Positions 9,106 to 18,372 of a stretch of DNA of 32,000 nucleotides are shown here, in pieces. The notes under the pieces are model-generated. The model saw only the letters and a list, made by a program, of their open reading frames with translations. It was not told where the DNA came from and searched no databases. A program made the translations under genes and the position numbers. Source of the DNA: an uncultured Opitutales bacterium (GTDB taxonomy: Bacteria > Verrucomicrobiota > Verrucomicrobiia > Opitutales > Intestinicryptomonadaceae). Location: the NCBI GenBank assembly GCA_934660865.1, contig CAKUIA010000013.1:1-32000 (forward strand), given 5' to 3'. Positions within the stretch are counted from its first letter, which is position 1. Each line of letters starts with the position of its first letter.

Positions 9106-10074
9106 TTATTTCGACATTTCAAGCATTTTTTCGATTGGCTTGCGCGCCTTTTCTATAACTTCGGGCGAAAGCTCTATTCTAGGCTCCAGGTTTTTAAGGC
9201 ATTCCAGCAGCTTTTCGGGAGTATTGCGCACCATATTGCGGCACTGTTGGCAAAGCTTGCCCGACGATGGAGCCGCAATAAAGGTTTTGTCGGGAACTTC
9301 CTTTTGCAGGCGGTGTATCATTTCCACAACCGTTGCAATTATGAATTTGTCGGACTTGTTTTCCCTGCAAAAAGCAATCATCTTTTCGGTGCTGCAAACG
9401 CAGTCGGCCACGTCTCTTACAGCCTTCGGGCACTCGGGGTGGCAGATAATCGGGGCATTGTCGAACGCCCTTTTCGTCTCCAAAAGCTCTTCGGGCTTGT
9501 ACTGAACGTGCGCCCAGCAATAGCCGTTCCACAAAATCATATCCCTGCCCGTCTGCTCTATAATCCACGAGCCCAAATGCTGGTCGGGGCAAAAAATAAT
9601 CTTCTGGTTTTTGTCTATCTTTTTTACCAAATCCAGCGCGTTGCCGCTTGTGCAAATTATGTCGCTTAGGCATTTCACTTCGGCCGAGCAGTTTATATAC
9701 GACATTACAATGGCGTCGGGGTGCTCTTTTTTAAGCATCGCCAATTCTATAGGGTCGCACAGCTCCTCCAGCGAGCAGCCCGCCGCTTTGTCGGGCAGAA
9801 CAACCGTTTTTTCGGGGTTTAAAATTTTTGCGGTTTCGGCCATAAAATCTACGCCCGCAAATGCTATGACATCGGCGTTGGCCTTTTTTGCGGCTCTCGA
9901 CAACCCCAAAGAATCGCCGACATAGTCGGCTACGTCCTGAATTTCGCCCGAAACGTAGTTGTGCGCCAAAATTACGGCGTTGCGTTCTTTTTTAAGGCGC
10001 AAAATCTCCTTTTGCGTTTCGGTAAGCTCCTTTTTTGCCTGATTTTTGTACGGCGGATATACTATGGCTTTCAT
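9106..10074 (-). CDS. nadA: Quinolinate synthase
   Basis: VILAHNYVSGEIQDVADYVGDS matches the NadA signature. I prefer the ATG at 10074 (MKAIVYPP...) over the track's upstream TTG at 10104. Confidence 0.9.
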   Translation of the reverse strand: MKAIVYPPYKNQAKKELTETQKEILRLKKERNAVILAHNYVSGEIQDVADYVGDSLGLSRAAKKANADVIAFAGVDFMAETAKILNPEKTVVLPDKAAGCSLEELCDPIELAMLKKEHPDAIVMSYINCSAEVKCLSDIICTSGNALDLVKKIDKNQKIIFCPDQHLGSWIIEQTGRDMILWNGYCWAHVQYKPEELLETKRAFDNAPIICHPECPKAVRDVADCVCSTEKMIAFCRENKSDKFIIATVVEMIHRLQKEVPDKTFIAAPSSGKLCQQCRNMVRNTPEKLLECLKNLEPRIELSPEVIEKARKPIEKMLEMSK

Positions 10075-10229
10075 TGTGTCAAATAAGGCAAATAATCTTA
10101 ACAAGACACTTCATAAGTCAAATAAATAATTTGTTTATTAAGGCTTGAAAAAACCGCCGCATAAACTAAAGTTATCGGAAAATTATCTGCAACTTTTAAC
10201 ATCAACAACAATAAAAGAACCATCATATA

Positions 10230-11423
10230 ATGAAACTAAAAACATTCCCTATCTTTTTGGCGTTCCTGTGTATGGGCTTCGGCGATGCCGTTGCCACATT
10301 TGTAGGAAAAGCAAAAGACACCTTTAGCCTTACAAATTTCGAAGCCCAGCTCGTTTCCTTTATGGGCTTTATAATGTTCGGGCTACTTTCGGTGCCTATG
10401 GGCATTATCCAAAACAAGATCAGCAAGAAAAACACTTTGCTTATAGGCCTTTTGCTTGCGTTTATAGGCGTTATTTTGGTTCTGATATTGGGCGTTCACA
10501 GCTACGCGGTGTTCCTTACCGCCGTTTTGCTTTTGGGAGCCGGGGCCGCAATTTTGCAGGTTGCGGGCAACCCCATTATGCGCGACGTTTCCGAAGAGGG
10601 CAACTATTCGAGCAACCTTTCGCTGGGGCAGTTTATAAAGGCAATAGGCTCTAACACGGCTCCCGTGGTATTCTCCGTTTTGGCTCTGTTGGCGGGTGCA
10701 AAAGCCACGGGCTCGGCCGAGGCCGAAGCCGCAAAAAGCACCTTTGAATGGGACTTGGTATTCACCATTTTCGCAATAGGCTTTGCGGCAACCATGCTTG
10801 CGGTATTCAAGCTAAAGATTAAGGAAACTAAAAGCGAAAGCACGGTTACAGTAGGGTCATGCCTCTCTCTTTTGGCAAACCCCTATGTTTTGGCAATGGT
10901 TGCGGGCATATTCGTATATGTCGGCGCCGAAAACTGCATATCAAACGGCATGCCCATCTACTTTACCTCGAAATTCGGCGTTGCAAGCGACTTGGCAACC
11001 CAGTATGTAACATACTTTTTCCTTGCAATTATGGCAGCCCGTCTGGTGGGAGCCGCAATTTTGCGCGCAATAAAGCCCAAAACGTTTTTGATAATAAGCG
11101 CAGCCGTTTCGCTGGCGGGCTTTGCAATGCTTTTGCCCGAAAGCAAAATCCTTACAACGGTGGCATTGTTCGTTATAGCTTTGGGCTATGCAAATATGTT
11201 CCCGCTTATATTCTCCATGGCCATCGACAAAATGCCCAGCAAGGCTAACGAGCTTTCGGGGCTTATGGTAACGGCCATTGTAGGCGCGGCCATTTTGCCG
11301 CCGGCAATGGGCATTGTTGCCGACGTTACAAAAAGCAACCTTATAGGCTTTGTTGTTCCCTTTGCGGCAATGGTATACATCTTGCTTTTGTCGCTGTTTG
11401 TAAGCGACAAAAAAGCCGAATAG
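10230..11423 (+). CDS. MFS transporter, sugar (glucose/galactose-fucose permease-like)
   Basis: 397 aa with about 12 hydrophobic segments and a central loop. The N-terminal pattern resembles the GluP/FucP subfamily, and a sugar kinase gene lies immediately downstream. Confidence 0.7.
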   Translation: MKLKTFPIFLAFLCMGFGDAVATFVGKAKDTFSLTNFEAQLVSFMGFIMFGLLSVPMGIIQNKISKKNTLLIGLLLAFIGVILVLILGVHSYAVFLTAVLLLGAGAAILQVAGNPIMRDVSEEGNYSSNLSLGQFIKAIGSNTAPVVFSVLALLAGAKATGSAEAEAAKSTFEWDLVFTIFAIGFAATMLAVFKLKIKETKSESTVTVGSCLSLLANPYVLAMVAGIFVYVGAENCISNGMPIYFTSKFGVASDLATQYVTYFFLAIMAARLVGAAILRAIKPKTFLIISAAVSLAGFAMLLPESKILTTVALFVIALGYANMFPLIFSMAIDKMPSKANELSGLMVTAIVGAAILPPAMGIVADVTKSNLIGFVVPFAAMVYILLLSLFVSDKKAE

Positions 11424-11451
11424 TTTTTTATAAAAAACAAATCCCTTAAAT

Positions 11452-12561
11452 ATGAATTACGAAAACGACAAAAGAGTTGTTCTTACACTCGACGCAGGCG
11501 GCACAAACTTTGTGTTTGTTGCAATGCAAGGCGGCAAAAAAATAGGCGAATCGGTAAGGCTGCCCGCCGAGCCGAAAAACCTCGACAAGAGCATTGCCGC
11601 AATGAAACAGGGCTTTAGAACCCTAATAAACAATTTGGGCGTTCAGCCATCGGCAATAAGCTTTGCGTTCCCCGGCCCCGCCGACTACCCGCGCGGCATA
11701 ATCTACAACGTGGGCAATTTGCCGGCATTTGCAGGCGGCGTAGCCCTTGCCGACGTTCTTAAAGACGAATTTAAAGTTCCCGTATTTATAAACAACGACG
11801 GCGACTTATTTGTATACGGCGAAGCCATTGCGGGCCTGCTGCCGCAGGTAAACAAGGCTTTGGAACAGGCAAAAAGCAGCAAGCGCTACACAAAGCTTTT
11901 CGGCATAACTTTGGGCACGGGCTTTGGCGGCGGTTTGGTTGCCAACGGCGAGCTTTACATAGGCGACAATTCAAACGCCGGCGAAGTTTGGCTTTTAAGA
12001 AACCGCGTTCGTAGCGACTGTTTTGCAGAGGAAGGCGCATGTATTAGAGCCGTGCAAAAGGCGTATGCAAAGCGCGCAAATTTAAGCGACTACAAAGCCC
12101 TTAGCCCCAAGCAAATCGAAGACATAGCCCTCGGCAAAATGGAGGGCAACAAGCAGGCGGCCATAGACGCCTACAACGAAATGGGCACGGTTATAGGCGA
12201 CGCGCTTTCTACGGTAGCCACATTGCTAGACCCCCTTATCGTTATAGGCGGCGGGCTTTCGTACGGGCACAAGCTGTTTATGCCGGCCGTTATAAGGGAA
12301 ATGAACGGCACAATTAAAAACTACGACGGCAAAGACTTTGCAAGGCTTGCCCAAGTAGCTTTCAATCTGGAAGACCCCGCGCAATTCGCCCAATTCCTAA
12401 AGGGCGAAGAGAAGGAAATTTCGGTATACGGAAGCGACAGGAAAATCTCGTACGACCCCCTAAAGCGCATAGGCATTGGCGTTTCGAGGCTGGGCACTAG
12501 CGAGGCTGTCGGCATTGGAGCCTACGCCTTTGCATTGAATAAAATCGACAAGGGTTTGTAA
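11452..12561 (+). CDS. ROK/glucokinase-like sugar kinase (ASKHA superfamily)
   Basis: LTLDAGGTNFVFVA phosphate-1 motif, FINNDGDLFVYGE, and GITLGTGFGGG. I did not see the classic ROK Cys zinc motif. Confidence 0.7.
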   Translation: MNYENDKRVVLTLDAGGTNFVFVAMQGGKKIGESVRLPAEPKNLDKSIAAMKQGFRTLINNLGVQPSAISFAFPGPADYPRGIIYNVGNLPAFAGGVALADVLKDEFKVPVFINNDGDLFVYGEAIAGLLPQVNKALEQAKSSKRYTKLFGITLGTGFGGGLVANGELYIGDNSNAGEVWLLRNRVRSDCFAEEGACIRAVQKAYAKRANLSDYKALSPKQIEDIALGKMEGNKQAAIDAYNEMGTVIGDALSTVATLLDPLIVIGGGLSYGHKLFMPAVIREMNGTIKNYDGKDFARLAQVAFNLEDPAQFAQFLKGEEKEISVYGSDRKISYDPLKRIGIGVSRLGTSEAVGIGAYAFALNKIDKGL

Positions 12562-12577
12562 TACAAAAAACATTAAA

Positions 12578-12617
12578 AGAAAAGGTCTTTGGAAATGATT
12601 TTCAAAGACCTTTTTTT
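12578..12617 (+). terminator. Rho-independent terminator of the kinase gene
   Basis: GGTCTTTGGAAA-TGA-TTTTCAAAGACC hairpin (one G-U pair) followed by T7. Confidence 0.7.
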
Positions 12618-12654
12618 GCATTCTATTTGCCGCAAATTTTACACTTTAAAAAAC

Positions 12655-12692
12655 AAAAAAATGCGCCGCAATTTTACCTGCGGCGCATAAAA
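12655..12692 (-). terminator. Rho-independent terminator (copy downstream of the pta fragment)
   Basis: On the minus strand, stem ATGCGCCGCA/TGCGGCGCAT is followed by T6. Confidence 0.6.
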
Positions 12693-12714
12693 ACAAAGCT
12701 GCAAACAAATACAT

Positions 12715-13173
12715 TTATTCGTCGGGGAATAGATATTTACGGTCTACCGCCTGGGCGGCAACTATAACCGCCGTGCCGTATATGTCGTTTACGGTTGCGC
12801 TTCTCGAAATTTCGGCGGCGGGCTTTTGCAAACCCGTAAGGATTTGCCCGTAGTAGCTCATTTGCGGATTGGTAAGAATACTCATTCTAACGGCCAGGTT
12901 GCCCGCGTTTAGGTCGGGGAAAATCAATACGTTTGCAGAACCTGCAACCGAAGAATTTACCCCCTTAAACTGCGCGTAGTTTTTGCTTAGGGCAACGTCT
13001 ATCTGCAATTCGCCGTCCACTTCAAAATCGAGATTTTCGCGCACAACCCTTTCGTGCAACAGGCCGGCCGCGGCCTTCATCTTTATAACATTCGGGTTTC
13101 TTGATGTTGCCGACTTCGAAGAATAGCTTAAAAACGCCACTTTCGGCGCCTTGTTTGTTATGTGCTTTGCCAA
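12715..13173 (-). pseudogene. Truncated 3-prime copy of phosphate acetyltransferase, created by the tandem duplication
   Basis: The encoded 152 aa are identical to the C-terminus of the full pta at 13347..14384. The N-terminal about 190 aa are missing, and the only apparent start is a TTG created at the duplication junction. Confidence 0.8.
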
Positions 13174-13209
13174 AAATCGACAAGGGTTTGTAATACAAAA
13201 AACATTAAA

Positions 13210-13249
13210 AGAAAAGGTCTTTGGAAATGATTTTCAAAGACCTTTTTTT
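13210..13249 (+). terminator. Duplicated copy of the kinase-gene terminator (orphan)
   Basis: Identical to 12578..12617 at an offset of 632 bp. It follows only the 21-nt remnant of the kinase gene. Confidence 0.5.
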
Positions 13250-13286
13250 GCATTCTATTTGCCGCAAATTTTACACTTTAAAAAAC

Positions 13287-13324
13287 AAAAAAATGCGCCG
13301 CAATTTTACCTGCGGCGCATAAAA
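13287..13324 (-). terminator. Rho-independent terminator of pta
   Basis: Identical to 12655..12692 at an offset of 632 bp, 23 nt after the pta stop at 13347. Confidence 0.65.
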
Positions 13325-13346
13325 ACAAAGCTGCAAACAAATACAT

Positions 13347-14384
13347 TTATTCGTCGGGGAATAGATATTTACGGTCTACCGCCTGGGCGGCAACTATAAC
13401 CGCCGTGCCGTATATGTCGTTTACGGTTGCGCTTCTCGAAATTTCGGCGGCGGGCTTTTGCAAACCCGTAAGGATTTGCCCGTAGTAGCTCATTTGCGGA
13501 TTGGTAAGAATACTCATTCTAACGGCCAGGTTGCCCGCGTTTAGGTCGGGGAAAATCAATACGTTTGCAGAACCTGCAACCGAAGAATTTACCCCCTTAA
13601 ACTGCGCGTAGTTTTTGCTTAGGGCAACGTCTATCTGCAATTCGCCGTCCACTTCAAAATCGAGATTTTCGCGCACAACCCTTTCGTGCAACAGGCCGGC
13701 CGCGGCCTTCATCTTTATAACATTCGGGTTTCTTGATGTTGCCGACTTCGAAGAATAGCTTAAGAACGCCACTTTCGGCGCCTTGTTTGTTATGTGCTTT
13801 GCCAAATTTGCGGTTGTATATGCAATGTCGCAAAGCTGGTCTTGGGTAGGCTCGGGTATAACGCCGCAGTCCGACATAAACAGACACCCCTCGGTTCCGA
13901 ATTCGGGGTTTTTGGTGTCTAAAATTATTATCGAGGAAACGCTTTTAACGTTTTTCTGCATGGGTATTAGCTGAAGCATTGGCCTTAGCGCGCTCGACGA
14001 CGCCAAAGTCGCCCCCGAAACCATTGCGTCGGCTCTCGAGGTTAAAAGCATCATTGTCGCGTAGTAATTGTGGTTTGCCAGCATTTCGGCCGAGTCGGTA
14101 TCGCCAAGTTTTTTAAAGCGGCGTATGCCGTCGAAAGCCTTTAAAATTTCGGGGTAATCGTCCGACTTTATGGGGTCTATAACGCCAATGCCGTCCATTC
14201 TTACGTCGTTGGCGGCGGCCAAGGCCGATATTTCGGATTTGTCGCCCAACAGAATTGGAACGCCCAACTTGCGCGTTGCAAACTGGCGCGCCGCTTTTAT
14301 TATGCGAATGTCGTTGCCTTCGGGGAACACAACCCTTTTGGGGTGGTTTTGCAACCTTACCGATAGTGTGCTTAAAACTGGCAT
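13347..14384 (-). CDS. pta: Phosphate acetyltransferase (short, PTA_PTB-domain-only form)
   Basis: 345 aa with ATG start. VVFPEGNDIRIIKAA at the N-terminus, ADAMVSGA, and FPDLNAGNLAV near the C-terminus are typical of Pta. Confidence 0.9.
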   Translation of the reverse strand: MPVLSTLSVRLQNHPKRVVFPEGNDIRIIKAARQFATRKLGVPILLGDKSEISALAAANDVRMDGIGVIDPIKSDDYPEILKAFDGIRRFKKLGDTDSAEMLANHNYYATMMLLTSRADAMVSGATLASSSALRPMLQLIPMQKNVKSVSSIIILDTKNPEFGTEGCLFMSDCGVIPEPTQDQLCDIAYTTANLAKHITNKAPKVAFLSYSSKSATSRNPNVIKMKAAAGLLHERVVRENLDFEVDGELQIDVALSKNYAQFKGVNSSVAGSANVLIFPDLNAGNLAVRMSILTNPQMSYYGQILTGLQKPAAEISRSATVNDIYGTAVIVAAQAVDRKYLFPDE

Positions 14385-14478
14385 ATTTGCTTTCTTGTCT
14401 TGTAAATTAAAGTTAATTTGCGCCTATGAAAACAAAATTTTTTGCTTTTGTAAAGCACCAAAGACCGCGCAAAAAAAA

Positions 14479-16539
14479 CTAGTAGTTTGTAGTGTATAAG
14501 TTTTTGTCCACACACTCTATAAAGCGGCTGGGCTCGCACATATCGTATGCCCCGTTTTTCATTACCGTGCGGGGATACGCAATATACAGCAAGTCCATAG
14601 CCCTTGTGCAGGCAACGTAAAAAAGCCTGCGCTCTTCGTCGATGTCGCCGTCTTCTATGCAGCGCTGCAAAGGGAAAAGCCCGTCGCAAACCCCTATTAT
14701 GAAAACCGCCTTAAATTCAAGCCCCTTTGCCTGGTGTATGGTCATCATTCTAACGCAGTCGGGCCTTTGCTGCGAACCGTTTTCGGCCTCCGAAATTTCA
14801 AGCGACGCGCTTTCCAAAAAGCCCGAAACGCTGTTAAAGCGGCTTGCATATTCGGCAAGGGTGTCGAAATCGTCCACCCTTTCGTCCCAATTTTCGTACT
14901 CGCTTTTCATGGCTTGAACATACCATTCAGGGCATGCCATTTTTATAATCTGCGCCATTTTTATGTCGGAATAGTCGTCGCCCTTCGGGGAAGCTGCGCT
15001 TTCAAAAAGGTCGCCTTGTACGGCCTTTTTGGGAAACCCGTCTTTTTTGCCGTCGAAAGCGCGTATTGCCGAATATATTTTAAACACGCTTTCGGCTATT
15101 TGAACGAAGCTGTCTTTTGCCTTTTTTGGCACGCTTGCAACAACCGCGTCGGCAAGCATTGCCTCGGCGAAGGGTACCGAATTTTTTTCGGCGTAAAGGG
15201 CGGCTTTGTCGAAAATCTTTTGCGCGCTTTTTGGCCCTACCCCGTCGAGAAACCTCATAAAGCGCGAAAACGAAATAAAGTCTTTGGGGTTGCAGGCAAA
15301 CCTTAAAAGCGAAACTGCGTCTTTAATGTGCGCATATTCAAAAAACTTAAGGCCGCTTGTAATCACAAAGGGAATCGCGTCGCGCTGCATTACAAGCTGC
15401 ATTTCCAACGCGTGCCTGTGCGCCCTATACAAAATTGCAATGTCGGAAAACTTGCACGGGGCATTTGCCCCATACGTTAAATCCCTTATTTTGTCGGCAA
15501 CTGCAAGCGCCTGCCCCCTGGCGTCCATAGCCCTTATTATGTGCGGCTTGCCCAAACGCTCCCTTACGGGGCTAAGCTGTTTTTCGTATACGCCGAACTG
15601 CGGCATTGCCCTTAAAACGTCGTTTGCAAAGGCCAAAATTTCGGGCGTGCTTCGGTAGTTGTCCTCTATCTTGAACACCTTTGCGTTTTCGTAGCGCTCC
15701 TTAAACGACAATATGTTTTCTATGTTCGCGCCGCGCCAGGTGTATATGCACTGGGCGTCGTCGCCCACCGCGCTTATGCGCTTTTGCCCCGAAAGCCTGT
15801 CGAGAATTTCCGACTGCAAAAGGTTTGTGTCCTGATATTCGTCGACCAAAACGTTGCAAAATCTATTGGAATATTTTTCGGCAAGTTCGCCGTTCGAATT
15901 TAATGCGCGCAAAAAGAAAATCAGCAAATCGTCGAAATCCAGAACGTTGTTTTTAAGCTTTGCGCCTTCGTAGGCGGCCGCTATTTTGGCGATATCGTCG
16001 GGCGGGCACTCCAGCCAGCTGAATTTGTCGTACATGGCTTCGCCGTAGCTTTTAAGAGTGTTTGCGCTGTAGCTTATAATCTCCTTTAAAAGCTTTGTTT
16101 TGGGGTTGCGCTTGTCGGCAAAAAATCTCGGAAACTCGCTTTCAACCGCGGCCTTTAAAATCTTTTCGGAATCTTCGGCGTCGGCAATCGAAAAGGAGGG
16201 GTCTAGCCCCAATTTTTGGCCCTCTATCCTTAAAAAACGCGCGGCAACCGAATGGAAGGTTCCGCCCCAAAAGGCCGTAGCTGGCACACCCGTAATTTTT
16301 TCGGTTCTTTGCAGCATTTCGCGCGCCGCCTTGTTTGTGAAAGTAAGCAGCAAAAGCGAGCTTGGCATTAGCGAATACTGCGCCATTAAATAGGCAATGC
16401 GGTATGTAAGCGTGCGCGTTTTGCCCGAGCCCGCCCCCGCAAGCACCAAGGCGGGGGTATCGGGCGCGCACGAAACCGCCCGAAGCTGGCTTTCGTTCAG
16501 TTCTTTTTCGAAGTCGGGGATTTTCCGCAAAACGGCCAC
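14479..16539 (-). CDS. UvrD/PcrA/Rep-family SF1 ATP-dependent DNA helicase
   Basis: LNESQLRAV, Walker A AGAGSGKTRT, VLVDEYQDTN, and TIHQAKGLEF near the C-terminus. GTG start 6 nt after the aroQ stop, with no nearby in-frame ATG. Confidence 0.9.
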   Translation of the reverse strand: MAVLRKIPDFEKELNESQLRAVSCAPDTPALVLAGAGSGKTRTLTYRIAYLMAQYSLMPSSLLLLTFTNKAAREMLQRTEKITGVPATAFWGGTFHSVAARFLRIEGQKLGLDPSFSIADAEDSEKILKAAVESEFPRFFADKRNPKTKLLKEIISYSANTLKSYGEAMYDKFSWLECPPDDIAKIAAAYEGAKLKNNVLDFDDLLIFFLRALNSNGELAEKYSNRFCNVLVDEYQDTNLLQSEILDRLSGQKRISAVGDDAQCIYTWRGANIENILSFKERYENAKVFKIEDNYRSTPEILAFANDVLRAMPQFGVYEKQLSPVRERLGKPHIIRAMDARGQALAVADKIRDLTYGANAPCKFSDIAILYRAHRHALEMQLVMQRDAIPFVITSGLKFFEYAHIKDAVSLLRFACNPKDFISFSRFMRFLDGVGPKSAQKIFDKAALYAEKNSVPFAEAMLADAVVASVPKKAKDSFVQIAESVFKIYSAIRAFDGKKDGFPKKAVQGDLFESAASPKGDDYSDIKMAQIIKMACPEWYVQAMKSEYENWDERVDDFDTLAEYASRFNSVSGFLESASLEISEAENGSQQRPDCVRMMTIHQAKGLEFKAVFIIGVCDGLFPLQRCIEDGDIDEERRLFYVACTRAMDLLYIAYPRTVMKNGAYDMCEPSRFIECVDKNLYTTNY

Positions 16540-16545
16540 TTTTGC

Positions 16546-16980
16546 CTACTCGATACTGGCTATAAAATCCAGGGCCGCCGTATAGCCGTACGCCCCCATT
16601 CCGCTGACTACGGCAACGCACTTGGCTGCGGTTAAAGATTCGTGCCTGAAATCTTCGCGCTTGTAGATATTCGAAATATGCACTTCAACAAATTTCATTG
16701 TAGAGCCGGCAATGGCGTCTCTTAACGCCACGCTTGTGTGGGTAAATGCGCCGGGGTTTATTATGCAATATTCAACGCCCATATCCGTATAGTCTTCGAT
16801 ATGGTCTATAATGTCGCCTTCGTGGTTGCTTTGGAAATCCAAAATCTCGCAACCTATCGAGGCGGCGTATTTTTTCAGCGCCTCTATAATGTCGTCTAAA
16901 GTTTGGCTGCCGTAAATTTCGGGCTCTCTTTTGCCGAGCCTGTCGAGATTTACACCGTTGATTACCGCTATCTTTTTCAT
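16546..16980 (-). CDS. aroQ: Type II 3-dehydroquinate dehydratase
   Basis: 144 aa. INGVNLDRLGKREPEIYG, INPGAFTHTSVALRDA and EVHISNIYKRE are canonical AroQ motifs. Confidence 0.95.
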   Translation of the reverse strand: MKKIAVINGVNLDRLGKREPEIYGSQTLDDIIEALKKYAASIGCEILDFQSNHEGDIIDHIEDYTDMGVEYCIINPGAFTHTSVALRDAIAGSTMKFVEVHISNIYKREDFRHESLTAAKCVAVVSGMGAYGYTAALDFIASIE

Positions 16981-16985
16981 AATTG

Positions 16986-17744
16986 TTAAATGGTATTATC
17001 CGTCTTTATAAATTTATGTTCAAGCCCGAATTTTTCGGCGCAAATTTTGGCCAAATTCTGCACGCCGAAAACTTCGCTGCAATAGTGCCCGCACGAATAC
17101 AGGTTTATTTTGTTGTCTCTGGCGTAGATATAGTGATGCTCCTTTAGCTCGCCCGTAATAAAGGTGTCGCAATTAAGAGATTTTAAGTCGCCTATAAAAT
17201 CGCCCGCGCCGCCCGAGCAAATTGCGGCGCTTTTGGGTTTTTCAGAGCCGAATTCAAACGCCTTTAAGGTGTTTGGGAACATTTCTTTTAGCGAAGAAAC
17301 AAGCGTTGCCCTGCTTTTTTTGCCGCAATCGCACAAATACCCTATTTCAATACCCATGCACTCAAAACACGCCCGCTTTATTTTCAGGCCGAGCAGCTTT
17401 GCAATGGAGGCGTTGTTGCCGAATTCCCTGTTTGCGTCAAGCGGCAGGTGGCACGAATACACCGCCAAATTGCCGTCGATTAAGGTTTTCACAAACTCGT
17501 AGTTTAGCTTTGTAAAGGGAATTTTCCTGTCCCAAAAAAGACCGTGGTGGACAAAAAGCAAATCCGCCTTCATTTTAACAGCCTGCTTTATCTCGAACAA
17601 CCCGGCGTCTACCGCGCACGCAATTTTCGACACTTTGCCCGAATTTTCGCACTCAAGCCCGTTCAGCGCATTGGGATAGTCGGCGGTGCAGTGTATGTTT
17701 AAGATTTTGTCGGCGTATGCCGTTATTTCCTTTAGATTTGCCAT
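16986..17744 (-). CDS. Nif3-like dinuclear metal centre protein (YbgI/GTP cyclohydrolase 1 type 2 homologue)
   Basis: 252 aa. FVHHGLFW, the C-terminal CGHY motif, and the overall length fit the NIF3 family. Confidence 0.85.
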   Translation of the reverse strand: MANLKEITAYADKILNIHCTADYPNALNGLECENSGKVSKIACAVDAGLFEIKQAVKMKADLLFVHHGLFWDRKIPFTKLNYEFVKTLIDGNLAVYSCHLPLDANREFGNNASIAKLLGLKIKRACFECMGIEIGYLCDCGKKSRATLVSSLKEMFPNTLKAFEFGSEKPKSAAICSGGAGDFIGDLKSLNCDTFITGELKEHHYIYARDNKINLYSCGHYCSEVFGVQNLAKICAEKFGLEHKFIKTDNTI

Positions 17745-17870
17745 ACCTAAATTTCAAAAAACACGCCCTTTTATGCAAGAAAATTTTGGGCAAAATAAGT
17801 GCATTTAAAACTTTACAAGCAAAATTGCCGTGCTTTACTTTCGAACAAAACCCGCAAATAATAAAATATT

Positions 17871-18371
17871 ATGAAAAATATAAAAACCGAAGAAATTTCG
17901 AAAAACCCCGTAAATTTAATCGGCAAGGACTGGATGCTTGTATCGGCGGGCGACAGAAAGTCGTTTAACGCCATGACGGCAAGTTGGGGAGGCCTGGGCT
18001 TTATGTGGAACAAGCCCGTGGCGATTGCAATGGTAAGGACAAACAGGCACACGTTTAAATTTTTGGAGGAAAACGAATTTGCAACGCTGTCGTTTTTCGA
18101 CGAAAAATACCGCCCGCAGCTTAAAATGTTCGGCTCTACTTCGGGAAGGGACATAGACAAAACCGCGGCAAGCGGCTTTACCGCGCAGTTTACCGAAAAC
18201 AACGCCCCCTACTACAAAGAGGCAAATCTTGTTTTAGAGTGCAAAAAGCTGTACTCGCAAATGCTCGAAAAGCAGAATTTTGCCGACACCCACATTCCCG
18301 AATTGTGGTATGCAAAAGACGACTTTCACAAAATGTACTACTTTGAAATCGTAAACGCATTCGAGCTGTAA
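17871..18371 (+). CDS. Flavin reductase-like (FMN-binding split barrel) family protein
   Basis: 166 aa. NAMTASWGGLGFMWNKPV resembles the conserved core of flavin reductase/flavoredoxin-like proteins. Confidence 0.7.
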   Translation: MKNIKTEEISKNPVNLIGKDWMLVSAGDRKSFNAMTASWGGLGFMWNKPVAIAMVRTNRHTFKFLEENEFATLSFFDEKYRPQLKMFGSTSGRDIDKTAASGFTAQFTENNAPYYKEANLVLECKKLYSQMLEKQNFADTHIPELWYAKDDFHKMYYFEIVNAFEL

Positions 18372-18372
18372 T

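Larger units (their letters stand above)
12541..13804. repeat. Tandem direct duplication, 2 x 632 bp (12541..13172 and 13173..13804)
   Basis: Base-by-base comparison of the two copies shows one difference (A at 13132 versus G at 13764, synonymous in pta). The unit holds the last 21 nt of the ROK-like gene, the intergenic terminators, and the 3-prime 459 nt of pta. The junction lies in an A-run of 3-4 nt. Confidence 0.9.

Noticed and set aside
12715-13173. A second functional pta paralogue
   Set aside because: It is only the C-terminal 152 aa, identical to the full copy. It lacks the N-terminal half and has only a junction-derived TTG as a start, so it is better explained as a by-product of the tandem duplication.
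13151-13399. 82-aa plus-strand ORF spanning the duplication junction
   Set aside because: It runs antisense through the pta fragment, then across both terminator hairpins and the intergenic region. The translation is implausible and there is no independent support.
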